The translations under genes were made by a program, and so were the position numbers. Under the pieces are notes generated by a model, which had not been told where the DNA came from, did no database searches, and was given only the letters and a program-made list of their open reading frames with translations. A stretch of DNA of 64,000 nucleotides from Tubulanus polymorphus (lineage: Eukaryota; Animalia; Nemertea). The stretch spans positions 16,376,655-16,440,654 of the forward strand of contig NC_134033.1 in the NCBI RefSeq assembly GCF_964204645.1, in the 5' to 3' direction. Each line of letters opens with the position of its first letter. The stretch's first letter is position 1. Below, one piece after another: positions 1 to 12,500 of this stretch.

Positions 1-277
1 GCTGCCACCGCTGCTGTTCAAATGCTGTATTCAATGCATTTTGATATGTAATGATATTAAACAAAAATTTAACTGTTTTGGGGTTCGACCCAAATTTTCG
101 CGGTAATGGATTTTTATGGTACGCTTAAAATTCCCCTGCTTCGTCCACTGGGGCGTTACGATGAAATGCGATAGATTTGGATGTGATCACCTCACAGGTG
201 ACTGACCAACTGACCCAATTTTCTGCTAGACGCTTTATTCCTCTAAAAAAGGTTAAGACGTGTTGGACTAAACGTAC

Positions 278-2310
278 CGTGTATGTGGTCCGATACTGAG
301 GAAGTTTTTCGTATTGCTAGATTTGATTTTAAACTTTATACAGCCGCTTGTAGCATCTGTCAGTTCATCCATGGTTTTATAGATTTCAACTCTTTCCGAG
401 AGATCTTCAACGAGAACAAAAGATGATATGACCTGCACAACCACTAAAAGATGCCCAGAACTTCCATAGATGTTTTTGATTTACGTCATTTGTTTATCTT
501 GCTTTATATAGTTTGGATCATAGTTTCCCAAGACTTCCATATTTGATACCTCTCGAAGGGATTACATTCCCCCAGCAGGGATTCGAACGAGATTGACATG
601 TTAAGGAACATGCAACACTAACCGCGAGTGCGCAGCCTCATGTGCAGCCTCATGCTAAGCTAAATTCTATTTTGTTTTAACCCGGGTTTTTCCATTTATA
701 GTTCTGCCATGAAATTTGCCTCAGTGATTAGGCCTATACAATTGCACTGTATGCAACCAACAGGACTCAACCTGCTTGGACTCAGCAGTGATAATGTATG
801 AGATTCCCGCAGTTTCACGACACTCGTAGTTTTAGTTTCACTTAATTACGTAAATTACATACCGAAAAATTCTGTTTCAAAGTAAACTGTGTTGTTCGGC
901 CATTTCCTCGCTCCTTGTTGTAAATTCCTAAACTGTGTTAAAAAAAACTAAGATGCGTTGAACGCTCGCATTTCAACCCATGGCTTTACTAAATTACTGT
1001 TACTATCTAATATACTATTTCGTTTTATAACAGGCTTCGAACTTGGGATCTGGGTTGGTCTGACCATAAAAATATTGATAACTATATTTCCGATAGATGG
1101 CGTATGTAAAATACAGTTCAATGCAAATCTTTGCCATTGACGTTTCAAGAAATTTGGTAGTTCAGCGAAATTCTAATAGATGGCGATAATGTCGTAATGA
1201 ATATTCCTCGTACATCTCGGTTTAACAAACATTTGCCAATCATTCATGAAACGATTATCTCAGGACCACTCGGATTCGGTATCAGTAAAAACTGATTCGA
1301 TTCTTGGACAACATATATCCAAGACAATGCAGAATCAGCGGGAATAAGCATTAGGTTCGGACCTAGGGTAATCACACTTGGGTAGGTATCAATAATAAGT
1401 ACTGGGTTCGAGCCTAGGAAACCAGAGTTCATCGTGGAATAGATATCAATAATATAGATTATCAAATGCATACGGATCCAAAATTGCTGATGTCAATATC
1501 TCCTTGGTAAAGACCTGAAAACTCCGTGGGATGCTGTTCTGTAAGAAATATATAAACGGTTTAAACAAGTTTGATGTCAAAAATTATTTATCTTCGAGGT
1601 AAAAGCGAGCGTTTAACTCACGTTTGTAAGCCTCGAATTCTACTTCACTCTGAAAATGCAGATTATTTATTCAAAAACGTGTCAGGGTTATCATCATCTT
1701 TGCGATGATACAGGAGTGTCTTGTTGAAGGCTACTGAATTCTAGATCTCTTCTAATCTATGTCGTACGGTTAATGAGTTAGGAGAAAACATCTCATTCAA
1801 AAAAGTGGGGTCGCATTTATTAAGATACATGTTAATAAAATCCCACAATAAAATAATTAATGATAAAATGTTTATTCTAAAAACATAGGAGAAATATTTC
1901 GGGTGGTTCCTACCACATTTCTTCAGTCAAAAATGACTTGCCAAAAGCAAATATTTCTCATATTTTTTTAAATAAACATTTTATCATTAATTAATTTATT
2001 GTGGGATTTTATTCATATCGTTTTATCACGGATATTGTGATCTAATTGATTTAATAAGATAAATGGTAGTTGCGGCCTGGAAGGCGCCGCGTCCTTGCAA
2101 TTGAAATAATTATATACCTAACGTTTCATCGTTACTTTTCAAAGGAAATTTTCGACAAGTAGGCTGCGAAAGACCTAAACTGCATACGAACATAGTAACT
2201 AATATTCTTACCATAATCGGCTGTTTTATATCAACATCGTTGTTGGGAACCGCTACAGAAGTTCCGAGGAACAACGCGCAGTTGATAATTCCGATAACAA
2301 ACGCCGCCAT
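278..2310 (-). CDS. Astacin-family (M12A) zinc metalloprotease, N-terminal part; the gene continues beyond the window start
   Basis: Five phase-compatible GT-AG exons: 2310-2212, 1649-1622, 1538-1474, 932-863, 404-278. They translate to MAAFVIGIINCALFLGTSVA (signal peptide) VPNNDVDIKQPIMSEVEFEAYKQQHPTEFSGLYQGDIDISNFGSFRNLQQGARKWPNNTVYFETEFFDLSERVEIYKTMDELTDATSGCIKFKIKSSNTKNFLSIGPHT. This contains the pro-domain Asp-switch-like YQGDI, the R-N maturation site, KWP and CIKF motifs typical of astacins. The HEXXH exon is outside the window. Confidence 0.85.
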
Positions 2311-2320
2311 GTTTGCGTAT

Positions 2321-2350
2321 GACTGAACGATGAAACAGCGCCGCTTTATA
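2321..2350 (-). promoter_or_regulatory. Candidate TATA box plus initiator for the astacin gene
   Basis: The minus strand reads TATAAAG (2350-2344), then TCAGTC (2326-2321), then caaacATG. The spacing of about 26 nt is slightly short, and the same sequence could instead follow a splice acceptor at 2353/2352. Confidence 0.35.
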
Positions 2351-3369
2351 CCTGTGATGCATGTGTGCATTTTCGATTTTCGGATTGATAAGATTTCGAG
2401 AAAAAAACAGTGATATATCACATTCACATTCAGATTTAACTGATTCACATGTAAATTGTGTTGATGGCTGTCATGAAAAATTGGTTTTGACTTTTGTTAT
2501 CAATCATTTTCTGTTGCTGTTTTATCATAAAACGGAGTTGATATATCATTTTCATATGTTTTTCTGTTCTGGTTCAAGTTCAAGGTCACCGTCAAGCCCC
2601 CACGCACTACCTTCTCCGAACTGAAACATCCATTATCTAACAACAAGGGAAATATAATTTACAATTGTCTATGTGCTTTATTCCCATCGCGTAGTTATGT
2701 CTACAAAATGTGACAGCAAGAAAACTTGATTTGAAAATTGTTGAGAATTTCAACCTCGTGAAAAACTACGTACAAGACCCAAACCTAAAACACATTTATA
2801 TATTGAAATAAGAAACAGAAATTCGTGAGAAAATTATTCTATAGAATATAAAGGATACATCAATAACCGAACTATCAAAACTCATACATAGAAAATTGCA
2901 CGCGTGCCTCGAATCTCGTGGGAGAACCAATAAATTATCACAAAATTCTCCGGACCAGTCGATGGGATCGTTATCACAGTCCAATTGGAGTGATATAATG
3001 CGTAGGGCTAAGAAAATCTATACCTTGTTTCTCACTTCGGCTGAGCTAAAAAGTTGACTCGGCCGGCCGCCCGTCTACCATATGTACATAAATTATTTTC
3101 AAAATCGGCGATCGAGGTAAAATTAAAAGACCCGGCAGTTATAGAAAAGAATTGACTAATTAAATGAATCATATCATATCATATCAACTTCACAAATTTT
3201 ACATGAGTGAACCGCCCGATTAGGAGAAACAAGGGTATCATTTTTGTTTGATATATCGGCGTCAGGCGGGGCACGCAATATCTGAGATAATCGACTCACC
3301 GGGGGCTAAACAGAGTCCGGGACACGTGATAATCCGGGAGGCTAAAGCGCAGTCTAATATGTCTATAAC

Positions 3370-4468
3370 TTATTTGTCGCCGCCGCCGGAACAGCAAAAC
3401 ATCTTAAGGACGATTTCTCGCACTTCCGGTGATGTAAACACGTACAGAATGAAGTTAATGGAATATGAGGCGTCCCAGACGAGCAGCATAACCTCCGCAA
3501 TCACTCCTACAATCTTCAAATCGGGTCGAATCGTGTAAACAGTACTCAACACGGCGCCAGGTGTCGCGCAAATCATAAAAGTTATCGAAATCGCCAGAAA
3601 TAATTTCGTAACGCGGTTCGTCGCCTGCGCCTTTTTGTCGTTGCTGCCGAACGCCGAGTTTTTGCGCAACGTCTTTATCACGATCGCGTTAACGATCGCG
3701 ATCACTAAAAACGACCCGTGACTCAAAGCGATCGTCGTGAAGATCACGTTCGCGAAGTCGGTCGCTAACTTCACCAAACACGCACCTGCTATGTAATGAT
3801 TAGCGACGCCCGGTATCAGCTGATAAGCCCAGATGATTATCGTAAAGGTAAACATACTGGCGATGATTTTCTTCGCCGTCGATTTCGAGCCTAGCCGTAG
3901 ATACGCCAACGGGAACACTAGCGCCACCAATCGGTCGACCGACACGACGATAATCATCCAGTTGCTGAGCGCCGTTACTAGGTAATACACGTAGGACGTC
4001 GCCGCGCACGACCAAGGCCCGACGAACGGTCGAACGATATAACCGTAACCGAGCCATACACCGAGCAGGTTTAGATAGAAAATAAGTCTGATCAGCACGT
4101 TCAGCAGATCGGTGACGGCAAGAACTGCGAGATACACGCTGTAGGCGTGTCGTTTCATCTGGGAACAGGTCATTATGAAAAACGTGAGCGAGTTGCCCAG
4201 AATTCCGATCGGAATGATGATCGCCAGCGATATGACGTTCAACCAGACCTTCCAGGGCGTCACCAAAAAACCCGGTCGGATAGTCGCCGATGTACAAGTA
4301 CGGCCACGGGAATCCGTACCCGAGCGATTCGAAAAAAGCAGCCGGGTCGACGAAGCCGGCAAAAATATTACCGAAACCGCCACCGCCGAAAGCGCCACCA
4401 CCCGTGATGTTTCCTAACGAAAAGTTCGCGTTGGCGAGCATGGATCCCGTTGGTAAAGCTGCCGCCAT
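3370..4468 (-). CDS. Intronless class A (rhodopsin-like) peptide GPCR, FMRFamide/sex-peptide/myosuppressin-receptor-like; apparent 1-nt frameshift at 4265-4270
   Basis: The 7TM frame (3370-4401) has GNSL in TM1, LAVTD in TM2, DRL at the DRY position and NFILY at the NPxxY position, but it starts at GTG with a stop just upstream. The only good ATG (aaaATGGCG, 4468) opens another frame with N-glycosylation sequons NFS and NIT. Removing one T from GGG TTT TTT G joins the two into a 365-aa receptor. Confidence 0.85.
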
Positions 4469-6612
4469 TTTAGCCGATTAGAATTCCGTTGAATTCGAAA
4501 GTCAAACTGATTCTTTTAAGTGATACGCGTACAACACCGTGTTTCTCCAATTGTTTCAGTTCAGCTTCAGTGAAGCAGCAGTAAAAAAGCAAAGTTCTTG
4601 CGATACTTGACTTTAGTCTGCTAAAGTTGAGTAACTGAGTAACTAGCATCCGCAACCATCGTGCGTTTTGTTCTGGAAGTCGTTTCGGCCAGAGTTGGTA
4701 CTTCAATATATAGGCCTAAACCCTGACCAATGACTCTTCACGGTGCCACCCTTTCAATTTCCAAAGAAATTCGATCTTCCGCCGAATTCGAACTGTGATA
4801 ATTATAATCTAGAGATTGTGAAATTCGGCTTCGGGTCGGATAGCGAGTTTTCGATATGATGTTGAGAGTAACATCTGAAACCGTATAATTATATAGCAGG
4901 CCCACTGCTGCACACAAAACCAATCACATCAATTCCATCAATCGATAGGTTTGGTCATATTTTCGATTACACGATCAATCACAATCGGACACCTTTTATA
5001 GACCAGGCAGGTGTGTCCATATTGAGGGAGAGTCCATGTATCGATCTAAACGGAGACTTCCACATCTTGGGTACAGGGTCTAATAGTTTCTGCACAAAGC
5101 TTAGATTTTCAGGCGCGGCAGACGGTAGCACCGTATAGGCACGTGCTTCCGTCGCGAAAATCTCGTGCCCTTTTTCATTTTTTTCTTCCCCATTGTAAAA
5201 AGGGAACATTTGGTCATCTATGAATCCCACAAGTAGAGAATGGCACATTTTTACAATACGAAACCGATAATTTCAAACGAAAAAAATGTACATTCAGTCG
5301 TCCAGCAATTCTGAAAAAAAAACAAGAAAGGGCGGCCTTTCTCTGTGAATCCCAAAAGTAAAGGGCACATCTTTACGAGACAAGGCAGATCAAACATAAA
5401 GGCGTTGCACCATTCTTCATGATTTCATTGCCTGAAAACTAACATGCAGTAAATTTTCTAGAAATCAATATGCATCAAGACTTCATCATTTATTTCCAGG
5501 AAATTGAACCAAAAGCGGTAAGGATTTTCTGGGAGAGCTGTGTGAATACTATAATAGTGAACACTGTAATACTATAATCTGGATTTCTGTGTACAACCTT
5601 TCAAGCATGAATTGTCCTTTATATATTAAGCAGCTTGTGATTTACGCATCATTGAACACGTGTATTTATATTGGTGAGTCCTGTTATGTGGACGAGAAAT
5701 AAACTAGACATGCGACAAACGTCACATTTATTGTTCCTACGTCATATCAGCCACCAAATGGCCGTCGTTTATCCCCTGGTAGCCGCTTGCGCTTCACTAT
5801 ACGCGCAAGGCGTTGTGACGTCATTTCCCCGTAAAACTTTTGAAAGTGAGTAATTGGAAGCCAACAGGCCCAAGACTGAACCCTGGGGAAGCCCACTACT
5901 AAGCATTTTAGAAGTTGATCTGCTGCCATCGCGTTAAGCATGATTACTGAGATACAATCTTAACCATTCAAGCTCTGTACTATTAAGGACTAAGATGTCC
6001 CTCATGTGGTAGAGAAGGATAACATGGTCCGCCGTGTCGAATGCCGCACTTGAGTCCAACAGCACCAGTATAACGTGACGTCAAGTATAAATATGTGACA
6101 GCAAAATCCTCACGCCTCGATTAAAAGGCAAAAAAATCACGAAAATTCATTCTTTACGAAAATATAGCTTTTATTATTCGTTCAACGACACGCTCACAAT
6201 ATTCATAATTCGAAAAATACGAAAAGAAATACATGGACAAATCGTCAGTAAATCCACGTAAAGCTTAATAATACTAGCAATTACTACAGCAGTTTAAATA
6301 TTAGGAAAAAAACATGACTTATTGTGAATTCTTGGACGGAAAAATCTCAGTTAAGACTGCCACGAACGCAGGCCAAGCACAATTAATCTCTTTTCGTCTC
6401 TTTTCGCGGGGAAAATTTCTTAAATCATTCATTAATTTCTATCACAGAAAGTTGCTACATTTATTGATTAAAAGATTATCTATTAACAATTTATAAACAT
6501 GTGGATCCTGTTTCTGTGGGCTCATGCCCGAAACCTACCAGAACACGGGCCCATGATAATCAAAGAATTCCAAGATACGTTATCTATCATTGATCACAAT
6601 TTAGTTATACAG

Positions 6613-6935
6613 AACAGTTCCACAGATTAATGGATCCATTTCCACAATTATGGATTCAGTTCCACATTTCTGGATTCAGTTCACCGCAGATCCAGTGGAT
6701 CCAGTTCCACAGTTATGGATTCAGTTCCAAGATTCTGGATCCAGTTCCACAGTTGTGGATCCAGTTCCAAGATTCTGGATCCAGTTCCACAGTTATGGAT
6801 TCAGTTCCAAGATTCTGGATCCAGTTCCACAGTTATGGATTCAGTTCCAAGATTCTGGATGCAGTTCCACAGTTGTGGATCCAGTTCCACAGTTATGGAT
6901 ACAGTTCCACAGTGTTCTAGACCCAGTTCTGAACC
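6613..6935. repeat. 20-bp minisatellite (GGATCCAGTTCCACAGTTVT)
   Basis: About 15 tandem copies; explains the three overlapping repetitive ORFs at 6630-6969. The same family occurs at 8545-8740, 16815-16925 and 18822-19127. Confidence 0.9.
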
Positions 6936-7592
6936 CAGCATCACAGTTCAATTAGACACTATGGAGTAGCAATTAGTTCATTTACAATAATTAAACAATA
7001 AAAGGTTCAAATTAACGGTCACGAAGTGACTCTGACTTCACTAAACATTGCAATAAACTCACAACAAACTGTGGAACTCGATCCACGAAAACATATTTAC
7101 AAAACAAATTAATCTCACACAAAATACATATAGTAATTACAAAATCTTAAAAATATTATTTTTGACGAATTTCTTTAACATGATTTGATAAAATTACGTA
7201 GAACCTTCGAAGTCCTTCCAATAAACTACAGTTAAAGCCCGTCCTTCTTGGGCCCAACACATTTCAGAGAACAAATTTATCAAATCTGACTTAAATTCGA
7301 TGAAAATATAATTTTTCTATCATAATGCCGAATTTGTTATGATACCATATCGGCCCAATGATGGCAACTGACTTTAATATTACATATAACAGCTTAAAAT
7401 CCTCACCACAACTAACCGTAAGAGCATTTACAAATAGAATGGGACAAGAGGTCAGTATTTCCCCTCATCAACTCCATGAATAAACCAAAAAACTGCATCA
7501 GTTTTACGTCAAGTTAAAAACGACCCTGTTTTCTACAAATACAATAACACTCCATTAGTTTACCTTCTAATTAACATAACTAGTTTTTTAAT

Positions 7593-9492
7593 CTAATTGA
7601 AACTGTAATTGTCCATATTTGGGTTGGTGTTGAGTTCATTCGGCGCCGATGGAGGTCCTCCTGTTTTATTATTGATGTTGCTGTAGAGATTGTTGCCGGT
7701 GCGTTTGCGATCGGCGCTGCGACTTCGACCTTTAAACGGCACCTACAGAAATACACAACAGAACAAAATTGATTAATAACGAAACAAATCAAACTTTCAG
7801 GATTGAATTCTAATAAAGGACCGTGGGTAGGGAATACATTTTACTTTTGAAGACAAAAATCGATTTGTTCTCGAATTGCAATAGCAATCAACAGCTGATA
7901 AAGATGAAATTATGTTACTCTGTGTAGTAACTATGTTCACCTTTGATGATATATATGTATATGGTAATGGGTTTTCTCTGTGACTCAATAGCAGATCGTA
8001 GAATAATCAATACTATCTTCTTTGTTTTGTTTGTTTGTTTGTTTGTTTTGGCTTTACGTCACTTGGATCTTGGTTTCCCGAAACTAACCCTATTGAATTA
8101 TTCTTTTAACCTCACGACGGGACCACGGCCTTTGAAGTGTTGCCCGCTGTAAGCAGCCAGCAGGACTCGAACTCACTTGTCACTCGGCACTGATAGTGGA
8201 CGCAACAGCATCACGCCTTATCTCACTGAGCTACTGAGTTGATAAGGAAATCACTCGGGAAGCCATTCTAAAGGGCTTTCCAAGTGATGCCCTTTTGAAG
8301 GGCTTTCCCAGTGATGTCACCATCGATAAACTAGGTCAAGCATTGATTAGTAGAATGGGGAAAAATTGATTGAATTTTTGCACAATTCCTCCCAGTACCG
8401 CCAAACGGCTTAAGAGCTGATGGACGAAACTTGCTATCAATTCCAACATCTATCTCCCTCCTAATGACAAAATATCAGCTGTTTATATCCAGTGGTAACA
8501 ATTTGTGCCACCAAGAGCTAACAGAAAGTTACTCTCAGGACCATTCCAGTTCCACACTTCTGAACTCCGCAGTTCAGGATTCACTTCCTCAGTTCGGGAA
8601 CCAGTTCCACAATTCTGGACATAGTTCCACAATTCAGAATCCAGTCACACAGTACTGGTTCCAGTCACACAGTACTGGATCCAGTCACACAGTACTGGAT
8701 CCAGTCACACAGTACTGGATCCATTTACACAGTTCTGGACCCCGTTCCTCATATCACAATAATTCAAATAACATTTGCAAAACACGATGCACACATTGAC
8801 ATAAGTATAGGTCGGTTTTAGTGATGGGCGGAACACAAAATCAAACCACACAGAAATCGTTCCTCATTGAGGAGATGACACACAGATACTTAACGGTGAC
8901 GACCTTCAAACCACACGAACAGTTTAACATACTTACTATAACGATACGATCGCTGGCTACTTTGTTAAAGTAATCACCATAAAACTATACGTTAGATTCA
9001 ATATTATTACACGTAAGAAATACAGAGTTATACACGACTGGTAGAGACTGGTAGAAACTGGTAGAGACTGGTATTAATATCTTAGTATTTCAGATTTAAT
9101 GAACAAAACCCACGGTTGATGATTTTGCAGTTTATTTTCCGACAGTTTCCAAGTTTTGTCTTAACTTCATCATCGCTTTTTGGTTTCTCTGGTGATGATG
9201 ACTCTGATGATGAAGACTGATGATGATGACTCTGACGATGATGATGACTCTGATGATGATGATGATGATGACAAGTTTAGTCAATACTTGGAAACGATCA
9301 GAAAATAACTGGTTAAATCTGTGGGTTTCACTCGTTAGAAGTAATCATTATTTGACCAGTAAAATTTGAGCCTTCCAGGATCCATTTCCACTTGGATTTA
9401 GAACATTAATTAGTTAATTTTCGATGTTTCTAATTAAGTCAAATCCTAACTGAAGAAGTGGACCGAGGAATCTCACACCCGCCCGCCCGCTC

Positions 9493-9527
<35 letters not shown>

Positions 9528-12500
9528 TGCTCTCTCTCTTCTCACCTTGACTCTATTCGATTGACGATCACCCATTAGATTATTAACAGTTGCAGGTAGC
9601 TTTTTATTAGGATTTGTCGTTGGCGTCGGGCTGTCTACTCGCTTGCCACGGGTGCCTCCTGGACTTGGACTGCGACCTACATAAGCAAGCACACACACTC
9701 ACTGATTAGCATTAGTAAAGGCTGGCAGAGGAAACAAGGGGGCAGAAACAGGGAAGGGGAGGTGGTAGGGAGTAGAAACAGGTAAGGGGAGGTGGAAGGG
9801 CCAGAAACAGGGAAGGGGAGGTGGTAGGGGTAGAAACAGGGAAGGGGAGGTGGTAGGGAGTAGAAACAGGGAAGAGGAGGTGGAAGGGCCAGAAACAGGG
9901 AAGGGGAGGTGGTAGGGGTAGAAACAGGGAAGGGGAGGTGGTAGGGAGTAGAAACAGGGAAGAGGAGGTGGAAGGGCCAGAAACAGGGAAGGGGAGGTGG
10001 TAGGGGTAGAAACAGGGAAGGGGAGGTGGTAGGGAGTAGAAACAGGGAAGAGGGAGGTGGACGGGCAGAAGTTTTTTCTAAGGGTTTTCATTTATTAAGT
10101 TTACGGTCAAATTCATATCAGACAATTGAAATTTTAACCTGTATTTGAGATGTTATAAAGGGCAGAGGAAAAGGGAATTTCTAGGAGCTGGGAAAATGTT
10201 TTTAGGAGTCATACAAGTCATATTTTAACCACTGTATCCATGGGTCTAGGATAACTTTATGGTATACAATTGACATGTCATATGCCTATACATGGATTAG
10301 TTTCAGCTTTTGGGATTAAATAAAATTAGATTATGTGAATCTTCGGTGGAGGTACATATAAAGGGTATGCCGGCGGACGCTCGTGTTGGTTTTGAGTGAA
10401 AAAGCAAGAATTTCAAGTTCAAACAATAACATACTGTGGCAATAGTTAAAACCAGTGTTGCTATAGTAATGGGATGAGTGTGCGTTTATTGAACGACGGG
10501 AATGATAAGCGTGGATTCTATACGACTACACTAGCGACACCTGGTGTCGTCTATAATCATCTTACCGCCGTCCGATTCGGTATTTACTCGTTTACTGTTT
10601 TTAGCGCTCAAATCCGGACTGAGCTGAGGTCGAAACTCTGTATGGGAGAAGTTTAAATAGTCTCTCAGTATCGGCAATTTATGATCCAAATCGATCCTAA
10701 TTCAAGATCAGACGTCAGTTCCACGGTCAGTTCTGAATCCGGTTTCAAGAAAACGGTTTTAAGCTTAAAACGGTTCAACGAAACCAGACTCGGGAGTGAG
10801 AATTTACTTAAATTCGTTCATTTTCATCGATCCAAAAAGTCACAAATAAATCTTACCCCGAACTCGGGTGGAACTGGTTCCGGAACATTTTGTCCGAACG
10901 CAAAAAAAAGGTGAAGAATTCAAAAATGTAAAAATCGCATGCATTCATTTAGAAAACATTAAGACAGATTTCATTTAAAAGTATGAGCTTTCACTACAGA
11001 AGGGGCTGCAGTTGCTGTGAAGTCGGTTGTCACGTACGTACCTCCGATACGAATACATTCCTCTTTATGTCTCGTATTCCACGCTTTCAGTTTACAAGCC
11101 TTACTACAATAATACACCTCTTTACAGCGCGTACACGCGGCTAATCTCACTCCGACAGACCTTCCGCATTCATAGCAATACTTCAATATCGGGTGCCTAC
11201 AACAACAATAACACAAACAATCAAATTCATATTTACTTTCATCTTTAACCGCTGACTAATCAATACGTACCCTAAAGTGTTGGAGATAATTTTTTCCCCG
11301 GTGTTTTGAATAAAAGGTATACCTCTATAGTGCGTCTACACCGCGGTGCGATGTATCGTTAGGACGTACTAATATTTCAATTTGCGCTGATATGACTGGT
11401 ATACCGTTATAGTGTGTCTACACCGCAGTGCGGTGTATTTTTATTTACTAATACTTAAGCGTTTTGGAAAGGCGCCGCCATCTTTCATTAGAGATAAAAA
11501 CTAATAATAACATCAATACACCACGATGCGGTGTACTAGCTAAGTGTTTTACCGACTTATACACCGCACTGCGAAGTAGACGCACTAAAAGGGTTAAAAC
11601 AATCGGACTGGATTTCGATTAGGCCGATATGTTAAACTTGACGAGTAGAATCTAACACGAATAGATTACATATGAAATTGTTAGAGAGCTATCTATTGAT
11701 GCATGCTGCTATAGGCTTAAGAGAATCAGTGGAATATAACAATGAAAACTGATTGAATTCTCGAGAAAAATGACGTGACAGAAAACAATTAACTTGTTCA
11801 CAAGTAAGAGCAATATCCATGATTCACGTTGAATAGACAATAGACTGAGCCACCGTTAGACAATATAGTAGTTTCTATACAGATCACTAAAGGGAGCCAA
11901 TACTTGTTTCTACAAAGGTAGCTAAACGGAGCCACTAGTAGTTTCTATACAGATCACTAGAGGTCGCTGCTACTAATAGCAAACCTTGCCACTAGGCGGC
12001 GTTCGTTGTCCAGTTTAAGTTTAGCCAGAAACACGGCGGCGTCGCGTTCAAAAAGCACCAAACACCGTTTTATGTTTGACTCGTTACTGATGAATATAAA
12101 AGTTTCCGAAAAAACAAACCTAAATTTCACGATTTAACGGCACTGCCACCTGGAGGTTAGAACTCAACAAGATACACCGAATTGGTCCAACCTAAATGTG
12201 CCTCTCCCTATGTGCGGTGTACCTCACAGGGACAGATCCAGACTGGAAGAAAGGGGTGCACCTCATATTACTAGCGCAATGATGGGTGTCCCGGAGAGCG
12301 CCACAGGCACGAGCCACTTGCAGAGGTGTCTGAATTTATCCCCGAGAAAAATTTTGAAAATCTAGGTACATTTTCATGCACACTAGATCAAGAGTAGTAC
12401 AGGGGATAAAAAGCCTATATCATGTGGATTTACAAAAGGGCGCTTGATCAGAGAAAGGGCGATTCGAACCCCAAGCCCCCCTCTGGATCTGCCACTGCCT

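Noticed and set aside
948-1471. ORFs at 948-1148, 958-1140 and 1244-1471, and a frame with several in-frame TGA codons suggestive of a selenoprotein
   Set aside because: They lie within an astacin intron. The TGAs come from a short degenerate repeat, a TAG is also in frame, and no SECIS or homology is evident.
3800-4260. C-terminal part of the 222-aa ORF as a separate overlapping gene
   Set aside because: It is the out-of-frame read-through after the GPCR frameshift; only its first 67 or so codons look genuine.
8152-8238. tRNA gene
   Set aside because: A and B boxes are present, but there is no acceptor stem or anticodon arm; it is SINE-like.
9120-9330. (GAT)n-rich segment as an extra ANKMY1 exon
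   Set aside because: No acceptor gives a phase-compatible open frame; best treated as a microsatellite.
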